A model generated the notes under the pieces. It saw nothing but the letters and a program-made list of their open reading frames with translations, did no database searches and was not told where the DNA came from. Of a stretch of DNA of 42,905 nucleotides, positions 6,219-12,067 are shown in pieces. Within the stretch, counting starts at the first letter, position 1. Each line of letters begins with the position of its first letter. The position numbers were made by a program, and so were the translations under genes. The stretch is from a virus. The stretch covers positions 1-42,905 of the IMG/VR virus record IMGVR_UViG_3300044837_000070; one strand, given 5' to 3'.

Positions 6219-6250
6219 TTTCCTGCCTTTGGTATTAATTGATAACAGAG

Positions 6251-6279
6251 AGTATACCATCGTTTGACCCGTAAGTCAA
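6251..6279 (-). promoter_or_regulatory. Sigma70-like promoter TTGACT-17 nt-TATACT for the E-D-C operon (right-hand copy only)
   Basis: Minus strand reads TTGACT TACGGGTCAAACGATGG TATACT, about 30 nt upstream of GTG 6218. It lies outside the duplicated unit. Confidence 0.7.
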
Positions 6280-6316
6280 TGAGTGATAGACTGGATTCAT
6301 AAAATAGGAGGTCAAT

Positions 6317-6529
6317 ATGCTTTCAATCTTAAAGAGAATCGCTCTAGCAATTATATTCGGGGTAATCGTGGCATTCGCATTTTGGTTTGTCGGATTTCTA
6401 CTCGTGAATCTGTTAACGATCGCACCCCCAGCCGTGTTAGTAGGTCAGGTACTGATTAACGTCTCCTACTGGGCAGGGTTGATCGCTGGAGTAGTATTCC
6501 TCTTAACAGGACGCGATCGACTCTGGTAG
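6317..6529 (+). CDS. Small integral membrane protein (70 aa, 2-3 TM)
   Basis: RBS TAGGAGGTCAAT before the ATG. The sequence is almost entirely hydrophobic. Confidence 0.75.
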   Translation: MLSILKRIALAIIFGVIVAFAFWFVGFLLVNLLTIAPPAVLVGQVLINVSYWAGLIAGVVFLLTGRDRLW

Positions 6530-6570
6530 AATTAAAAGACCGCCCGTATAGGCGGCAGTAGAGACAAAAT

Positions 6571-6593
6571 AAGCTCGGTATTTAGCCGAGCTT
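6571..6593. terminator. Hairpin terminator between convergent genes (one of three hairpins in 6540-6626)
   Basis: AAGCTCGG (6571-6578) pairs with CCGAGCTT (6586-6593), with T-rich flanks in both directions. Further stems at 6540-6555 and 6608-6625. Confidence 0.55.
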
Positions 6594-6632
6594 TGTCTTA
6601 CCATTGAAACCGCAGCCAAGCGGTTCTTTAAT

Positions 6633-7022
6633 TTATTCTTCTGAGGCTACTTTCTTGTATCGAGTGGTTGCCCAGCGCTCATAATCGTCCTGGCCAGCTT
6701 GCTCTAGTGGTGCCTTTGCCTCACTTGCGGGGTATAGTTCGAACCCGAGCGCGAGGGTGAGACCCCTAATGTCCGAGTGGGGGCTAAGCATTGGGCCTTG
6801 ATCATCTACGCGCCCCTCACTCCACCATTGCCCCTGTACGAGGTCTTTGATGGCCTTACGTTGGTTTGGGTCGGCAATACTAGCGTCCACAATGGTAAGA
6901 ACACGACCAAGCTTATAACGCCGGTCATCGTTGATGTACTTGCCTAGGTCCTCGTTGAATCGCTGCAATAATTTGCGCAATCGCTTTACTTCTACATTTT
7001 CTACATTCTCTTTTTCTGACAT
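6633..7022 (-). CDS. Hypothetical protein (129 aa)
   Basis: The track ORF extends to 7040. ATG 7022 is preceded by AAGGAGAATGTT and is preferred. Last gene of the minus-strand lysis-side block. Confidence 0.75.
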   Translation of the reverse strand: MSEKENVENVEVKRLRKLLQRFNEDLGKYINDDRRYKLGRVLTIVDASIADPNQRKAIKDLVQGQWWSEGRVDDQGPMLSPHSDIRGLTLALGFELYPASEAKAPLEQAGQDDYERWATTRYKKVASEE

Positions 7023-7114
7023 AACATTCTCCTTTAACATGACACGACTTGGCTGCAGATGTAAAGGTACTATAGTTCTATTGTACTACAAGCTCTTCGT
7101 CATTTTACCAGGCA

Positions 7115-7261
7115 TCAGTCTTCTCCTCTAACAATATTAGGGTTCTCAACTGCTAGTCCACCCATAATCTTCTGAAACACTGCAATATTTGCAATACCTA
7201 ACTCACTGACGGGTTCAAGTGGCTCTAGAACACGTTCGGGGAAGGGAATGAGCTCACCCAT
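7115..7261 (-). CDS. Small ORF (48 aa) translationally coupled to the holin-like gene
   Basis: Hand translation MGELIPFPERVLEPLEPVSELGIANIAVFQKIMGGLAVENPNIVRGED. Its ATG overlaps the upstream stop (TAATG). Below the track length cut-off. Confidence 0.45.
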   Translation of the reverse strand: MGELIPFPERVLEPLEPVSELGIANIAVFQKIMGGLAVENPNIVRGED

Positions 7262-7497
7262 TATTTGTACTCAGGTGTCTTGGCGACGATAAGTAAATGA
7301 CCTAGTTTCGGCCACTTAGCTTCCAGTTTACGGACGATGTAATAATACAAAGTACCGATAGCAAGCGTTAGGAGGGCTTCCAGCTGCCCTTTGATCTCAG
7401 CTGGTATATCCAGCCCCCATGACGCTAAAAGCGATACAAGGTACCCTATAACGTATGGTACGGCGGTTCTGATGAGACTTACAATCTGGTCTGACAT
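7261..7497 (-). CDS. Holin-like two-TM membrane protein (78 aa)
   Basis: Two hydrophobic helices (IRTAVPYVIGYLVSLLASWGL and LEALLTLAIGTLYYYIV) and a basic C-terminus. Immediately downstream of the endolysin. Confidence 0.5.
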   Translation of the reverse strand: MSDQIVSLIRTAVPYVIGYLVSLLASWGLDIPAEIKGQLEALLTLAIGTLYYYIVRKLEAKWPKLGHLLIVAKTPEYK

Positions 7498-7568
7498 TTT
7501 ATATCTTCTATTCTCTCTCGCCTGGGCGATTATCTTTAATACTTGTTTCTCTATTTTAGGGAAGGGAT

Positions 7569-8225
7569 CTATTTCTTTACGAATAATGGGCCTACTGGGG
7601 TGAATCCCTCACCGACTTGTTTCTCAAGCTCGGCAATCCTGGCATCCTTCTCGTCAAGCTGCTTCTGCTTGGCTACGACATCGTTCTTAAAATTCACCAA
7701 GTCGACAAAGACCTTCCCGTTTAATAGGTCGCTACCTGAGTTAACAGGGATGGTAGTGTAAGCTGAGATCTCGTCTGGCGTGGCCACACGGTCGTTAGCT
7801 TTTAAGTATGCGTTGTTTACTGCTCCTGCATCGTACATAGTTTCCTCCTTAATGATGACTACTTCTTCTAGCGTTTCAGTCCAGCCCAAATATCCCAGAG
7901 TTCCATGCCAGTATGCTTGCATTGCTGCAAGGTTAGGATGGTGAACAGGAGTGTGGGAGGTTGGACTACTTGATGAATAAATTGAATGATCGGGGGCCAT
8001 GATCGCAACGTGCCCCGCAGGAACACCTTTAACCGTAAAGAAGACAGGAAACCAATTACTAGGCCAATCTTGATCTCTATGTTGAGTTGGATTCGTTTCC
8101 CAGGCACGGCTGGCGGTGGGTTGCTTCACGTAAGGGTAGTTCCCAAAACCATCTTGAACGTACACTAGACAAAGGTCAGGAATGCAGGGGACGTTAGGGT
8201 TGGGGGTGATAACTTGGACATACAT
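7569..8225 (-). CDS. Putative endolysin: N-terminal Cys/His peptidase (CHAP or NlpC/P60-like), C-terminal coiled coil
   Basis: Candidate catalytic Cys in PDLCLVYVQDGFG and His in PAGHVAIMAPDHS. The C-terminus KQKQLDEKDARIAELEKQ is coiled-coil-like. Sits between XhlA-like and holin-like genes. Confidence 0.5.
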   Translation of the reverse strand: MYVQVITPNPNVPCIPDLCLVYVQDGFGNYPYVKQPTASRAWETNPTQHRDQDWPSNWFPVFFTVKGVPAGHVAIMAPDHSIYSSSSPTSHTPVHHPNLAAMQAYWHGTLGYLGWTETLEEVVIIKEETMYDAGAVNNAYLKANDRVATPDEISAYTTIPVNSGSDLLNGKVFVDLVNFKNDVVAKQKQLDEKDARIAELEKQVGEGFTPVGPLFVKK

Positions 8226-8226
8226 A

Positions 8227-8502
8227 TCATTTAAAATAGTTCTGTATTAGCACAGTTAGTATAACACCGAACGCCGCCGAGAGTGTCCCAACTAGCCACG
8301 TTTGAAGGGTGTGAGCCTTTCTCAAATTGTCTATTTTAGTATCGACCTCAGACTTTGTGGCGTAGGTCGGTAATAAGACATCTACTTTATCGGTAAAGGT
8401 TTTCAAACTAGCACTTTGTTCTTTTTGGCTTTTAATAACAGCGTCTAGTTTCGTTTCTAACACAATCAATCTCTCCCCGTCCGTAAGGCCATTACTGCTC
8501 AT
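8227..8502 (-). CDS. XhlA-like lysis-associated protein (coiled-coil N-terminus, single C-terminal TM)
   Basis: 91 aa. The architecture matches what I recall of Bacillus prophage XhlA. The call rests on architecture and position only. Confidence 0.4.
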   Translation of the reverse strand: MSSNGLTDGERLIVLETKLDAVIKSQKEQSASLKTFTDKVDVLLPTYATKSEVDTKIDNLRKAHTLQTWLVGTLSAAFGVILTVLIQNYFK

Positions 8503-8917
8503 TCCCGACCTCGCAAGGCTTCGGTAGCTGAGCTAAGACTTGCCATAGGTCATCACCCTCGTAACGTGATTTTAATAAGCAGTTTATATCAACCGAAACA
8601 AATAATTTGGGACTAGCTTCACCGACTGGCCCCACAACGGGGATATTAGTGGTAATGTTATTTACAGTGGTGCCACCATCTTTTCCGGCTGGGCCGACGA
8701 TAGACTCTCCACTCGGGCCGATTAAACCTTGAGGGCCGATAATAGACTGGCCGTTCTTTCCGTCTTTCCCAACATAGTTGTAGATTTCTACATCTTTAGG
8801 CTTGTTGATACTCAGTACTAACAGGCCAACGGCAATGATTAACAGGGTCAGCACCATAACCATCGCTAAGATAAGCCGTCGGTACTGCCACTTGTTCACC
8901 TTAGTTTCCACACTCAA
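8492..8917 (-). CDS. Membrane-anchored protein with a short collagen-like Gly-rich segment
   Basis: N-terminal TM (LILAMVMVLTLLIIAVGLLVL), then GKDGKNGQSIIGPQGLIGPSGESIVGPAGKDGG. Start uncertain: TTG 8917, GVG-type alternatives GTG 8911 or GTG 8899. Confidence 0.6.
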   Translation of the reverse strand: MSVETKVNKWQYRRLILAMVMVLTLLIIAVGLLVLSINKPKDVEIYNYVGKDGKNGQSIIGPQGLIGPSGESIVGPAGKDGGTTVNNITTNIPVVGPVGEASPKLFVSVDINCLLKSRYEGDDLWQVLAQLPKPCEVGNEQ

Positions 8918-9269
8918 CGGTCACTTTATAGTTTGCGCTTGCTGTTGAGGCGTTGATTGTGAACCCATCAGCATCGAAAGAGGTCAAGGTGCAAGCTAAT
9001 ATCTCGGTTAAAGTTCCAGCGACCCTTTCCCAATGAGAGATGAGCTTTGTATTAAAGTCATCCGTTTTTGAGCTTGTAGAGTCTGAGTAGATATACGAAC
9101 AGTTCATATTCGTGCCATCTGTCGCACCTAAACAAAGATGTGAACAGGTCTCCGTTGTACCGTTCTTTTTAGAGACTCTAATCCTAATCCAGGTAGGTTG
9201 AAACCCCACACCTGTAAAGGCGTTATTCCCTGTACCACTGACTGTAACTCGTCCTGTCCAAAAACTCAT
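8901..9269 (-). CDS. Hypothetical protein (122 aa)
   Basis: RBS AAAGGAGATCACT before the ATG. First gene behind the promoter/hairpin module at 9283-9349. Confidence 0.75.
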   Translation of the reverse strand: MSFWTGRVTVSGTGNNAFTGVGFQPTWIRIRVSKKNGTTETCSHLCLGATDGTNMNCSYIYSDSTSSKTDDFNTKLISHWERVAGTLTEILACTLTSFDADGFTINASTASANYKVTVECGN

Positions 9270-9282
9270 AGTGATCTCCTTT

Positions 9283-9349
9283 AAATAAAATAAGTCCCAT
9301 TAGGGGACTCCGCTATCTAAACTATAGCTTATTGACCATACATGTTCAA
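9283..9349 (-). promoter_or_regulatory. Promoter (TTGAAC-17-TATAGT, 9321-9349) followed by a GC hairpin (9293-9309) and U-tract
   Basis: -35 at 9344-9349 and -10 at 9321-9326. The hairpin AGTCCC/GGGACT begins 11 nt after the -10, then TTATTTTATTT, the RBS and ATG 9269. Confidence 0.55.
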
Positions 9350-9359
9350 GCTGTATAAT
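9332..9359 (+). promoter_or_regulatory. Near-consensus sigma70 promoter TTGACC-16 nt-TATAAT for the chaperonin operon
   Basis: Read directly. It overlaps back-to-back with the divergent minus-strand promoter. Confidence 0.75.
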
Positions 9360-9373
9360 GATGCTTATGAATT

Positions 9374-9428
9374 CCGCAGCTTATAATTTAATTAAGGGGA
9401 CTATCAGCGCTGCGGTTGATGTCCCCTT
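9374..9428 (+). promoter_or_regulatory. Structured 5' leader of the chaperonin operon with two mutually crossing stems
   Basis: 8-bp stem AAGGGGAC (9394-9401)/GTCCCCTT (9421-9428). Competing 7-bp stem CCGCAGC (9374-9380)/GCTGCGG (9409-9415). Confidence 0.35.
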
Positions 9429-9450
9429 ATTTGTACTATAGGAGGTTTTT

Positions 9451-9828
9451 ATGGCTCTAGTGCCCGTAGGTGACAAAGTAAAGGTTTTGGTAGCGAAGGA
9501 TCAATTTGGTCTGAAATCTAACAGTGGAGCCCAACATGGCACAGTAGTAGCTGTGCCAGAAGATATATTATACTTTGGTTTTCACTCATTCGGTTTCGAT
9601 AACTCACTTGGCAATAAGGAAGTGTCCAAATCAATCCAGGAATATTATAGTAACTTCCTTGGGAAGATTGTATTCTGGGAAGAATTACAAGACCGAGGTC
9701 GTAGGTTCCAAGATGGGGAAGAAGAGTTCGTACTATTGAATATGTCTGATATTATTGCTTACGAAGAAAATGAAGAAACAACTGCTTATCTGATCCAGGA
9801 TGTGCGATCAGGTGGATTTAAGGTCTAG
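9451..9828 (+). CDS. groES: GroES-like co-chaperonin (125 aa, longer than canonical GroES)
   Basis: N-terminal LVPVGDKVKVLV and C-terminal DGEEEFVLLNMSDIIAYE mirror GroES (GDRVLV ... DGEEYLIL.E.DILA). Directly upstream of the GroEL-like gene. Confidence 0.65.
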   Translation: MALVPVGDKVKVLVAKDQFGLKSNSGAQHGTVVAVPEDILYFGFHSFGFDNSLGNKEVSKSIQEYYSNFLGKIVFWEELQDRGRRFQDGEEEFVLLNMSDIIAYEENEETTAYLIQDVRSGGFKV

Positions 9829-9836
9829 GAGGACAG

Positions 9837-11438
9837 ATGGCTACACGTAAGGAAAACCGAGTTATTGTTAGAGATAAAGCAGCACGTGCGAAGATACTAG
9901 AAGGAGCCAGGGGAGTCTACCAGACTGTTGCTAGCACCTATGGTCCTAGAGGTATGAATGTTTTAATTGAACAGACCTTTGGACGCCCTGTAGTTACAAG
10001 GGATGGCGTGACGGTTGCCCGTGCTATCTACTTCTCTGATCGTGCTAAAAATGTCGGTGCTCAGGTCATCACTGAGGCGTCAGAAACCACTAATAGAATT
10101 GCAGGGGACGCTACAAGTGCCACGGCCGTTCTGAGTGGACATCTTTTAGAGAATAGTTATAGGGCTATAGATAACGGGATGCATCCGATGGATGTCAGTG
10201 CTATCTTGAAACGAGATCACGAACTTATCCTTGAAAGAATCGAAGAACTTGGGAGTCCTGTTAGTGAAGGCCAGCTTGAGCAAGTCGCTACGGTATCATC
10301 GGGAGACCCTCTCCTCGGAAGGTTAATCGCTGAAGCCATCGAGTATGTAGGGCCAGATGGCGGTATCATTTCTGAGAAGGCCCCTGTTAATTCAGTCGAA
10401 CGTGAGTATGTTGACGGATACTATATCCAGTCGGGTTTTGGAGCGCTACAGTCCGGTAAGAAAGAACTTATTGACCCAACAACTGTTGTGTGTATACGCC
10501 CCGTTAAATCGAGAGCTGACGCCTTTGAGTTGCTTGAGAACATTGCCAAAAGCTTAGGGATTCAGCCAGGATCTGGCGTTATTCCTCGAATACTGTTTAT
10601 CGGAAATATCGAGGAAGATGCATATGTTTCACTGGTAGACGCAATCAATAGAGGAGTCATTGATGGAGTTATTATTACACCTCCGCCTTCGTTTGGATCA
10701 ATGGCAAAAGAACTTCTCGAAGATATTGCTATTTACGCACGCTGCCAACCTATTACAGATATGACAAACATGAGAGAGTTTGATATTCGCTACCTTGGCT
10801 CAGTAGCCCGGGTTGTCTCTACTAAAGTGGAAGCTACGATCTTTGGCGATGGAGCCTCAGAGGATATCGACGTCCGTATCGCAGATATTAAAGAGGCTAT
10901 TAAACTCGAAGTCTCTGATCTCGTTATTGAACGTCTAAAAGATCGGGTGGCTAAGCTAGAAGGTAAGATTGCTCTTTTTAGGATTGGGGCTCCGACCGAC
11001 TCGGCTAAAGAGGAACTAGAATTCCGTGTTGAAGATGCTATTAACACCACAAGGGCGGCGGCTCAATCTGGTATTGTTGCTGGAGGAGGAGTAACTTTAC
11101 TAGAAGTCAGTAAGCTTCCTATTAGTGACATTTACAGAGAAGCGCTCAGATCTAATCTGAAACAACTCCTTATTAATGCCAATACCCGACATATAACCTA
11201 TAGAAAGTGGTACGAGTTCTGGAAACCTCGTGTAAGTGTAGATATTTCAGAACTATTGAATGCTCCGGTAGGGTACGGTATCAATCTACGCAAGAGTGAT
11301 GACCTGGTGGACATCATTAAGGATGGAGTTATTGACGCTAAGCTAGCTGCTCAACAGACTATTATTAACGCTACCGACTCGGTTGCCACTCTAATTACTA
11401 CTGATCGTGTGATTATATTTGAGGATGAAGAAAGATAA
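9837..11438 (+). CDS. groEL: GroEL-like group I chaperonin (533 aa)
   Basis: ARAKILEGA..V...V..TYGPRGMNV, PVVTRDGVTVA, AGDATSATAVLS (canonical AGDGTTTATVLA), VAGGGVTLL and VIDAKLAAQQTI..A.SVATLITT are all collinear with GroEL. There is no GGM tail. Confidence 0.9.
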   Translation: MATRKENRVIVRDKAARAKILEGARGVYQTVASTYGPRGMNVLIEQTFGRPVVTRDGVTVARAIYFSDRAKNVGAQVITEASETTNRIAGDATSATAVLSGHLLENSYRAIDNGMHPMDVSAILKRDHELILERIEELGSPVSEGQLEQVATVSSGDPLLGRLIAEAIEYVGPDGGIISEKAPVNSVEREYVDGYYIQSGFGALQSGKKELIDPTTVVCIRPVKSRADAFELLENIAKSLGIQPGSGVIPRILFIGNIEEDAYVSLVDAINRGVIDGVIITPPPSFGSMAKELLEDIAIYARCQPITDMTNMREFDIRYLGSVARVVSTKVEATIFGDGASEDIDVRIADIKEAIKLEVSDLVIERLKDRVAKLEGKIALFRIGAPTDSAKEELEFRVEDAINTTRAAAQSGIVAGGGVTLLEVSKLPISDIYREALRSNLKQLLINANTRHITYRKWYEFWKPRVSVDISELLNAPVGYGINLRKSDDLVDIIKDGVIDAKLAAQQTIINATDSVATLITTDRVIIFEDEER

Positions 11439-11683
11439 TGATACTGGCTTGGATTGTATCAGTCCTGGCCTCCCTCGCTATAGGAAGTATAGTAGGGTTT
11501 AGATATAGAGAACTGCGAGACTCTATGTCTAAAATCCTTGAGACTCTTAAAGAGAAGGCCGATAAAAAGTCTTCTGTGGAAAGTAATACAAGTGCCCTCA
11601 TAGATCCTTACTCGCCCCTCTATCAGGCTCAGGAAGAACACGAAAAACTAATGGAACGCCTGAATCCAGGCTCTAAGAAGTGA
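11438..11683 (+). CDS. Small N-terminally anchored membrane protein (81 aa)
   Basis: Start overlaps the groEL stop (ATAATG). One TM segment (ILAWIVSVLASLAIGSIVGF). Confidence 0.65.
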   Translation: MILAWIVSVLASLAIGSIVGFRYRELRDSMSKILETLKEKADKKSSVESNTSALIDPYSPLYQAQEEHEKLMERLNPGSKK

Positions 11684-11952
11684 TCTGTACGAATTGTGGT
11701 AAAGAAACTGACGCTTTAAAGAGCATCATTGTTAAAGGTGAGATCAAGTCTGGTTGTTCCTTTTGTCTGGGTTCTAACCTGCAAAAGGCCAATGATCGCT
11801 CCGCCAAATACTACAAGCAGGAGCAACAGAGGAAGTTCAAGAGAGAACTCGTCCAGCATGTTGATCAGAGAGAATTTATACAGGTCTACGGGGCAGAGAA
11901 AGCTCGTGAGAAGGGCTTTTCGGACGAAGACATAAGGAAATACTCTATTTAG
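11680..11952 (+). CDS. Small zinc-ribbon-like basic protein (90 aa)
   Basis: CTNCG...CSFC pair of Cys dyads. 4-nt overlap with the upstream gene. Confidence 0.6.
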   Translation: MICTNCGKETDALKSIIVKGEIKSGCSFCLGSNLQKANDRSAKYYKQEQQRKFKRELVQHVDQREFIQVYGAEKAREKGFSDEDIRKYSI

Positions 11953-12067
11953 AGAGTGGGTGGTTTGGGAGGTTTTGGCATTTCAGACTTGAGGGCTTGC
12001 CCCGTTTTGTAGGGATTCACAACCTTCTTATAGAGGGTGTTTTTGATCGCACCAGTTAGACCTGGGC

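Larger units (their letters stand above)
2308..6235. repeat. Perfect tandem direct duplication, unit 1,948 bp: copy 1 at 2308-4255, copy 2 at 4256-6203, plus a 32-bp third start at 6204-6235
   Basis: Every stretch I compared at an offset of 1,948 nt is identical. All seven track ORFs in copy 1 reappear with identical translations. Identity starts at 2308/4256 (mismatch at 2307 vs 4255) and ends at 4287/6235. Confidence 0.95.

Noticed and set aside
5733-6260. 175-aa extended form of gene E copy 2 starting at ATG 6260
   Set aside because: The extra 14 codons lie upstream of the -10 box (6251-6256) of the operon promoter. The identical copy 1 can only start at the GTG.
9283-9450. CIRCE (HrcA operator) upstream of the chaperonin genes
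   Set aside because: No TTAGCACTC-N9-GAGTGCTAA-like inverted repeat is present.
10357-11641. Short ORFs overlapping the chaperonin operon (10357-10557 plus strand; 10790-11050, 11413-11601 and 11459-11641 minus strand; 11729-11935 plus strand)
   Set aside because: They are alternative-frame or antisense ORFs within clearly homologous (GroEL) or better-signalled genes.
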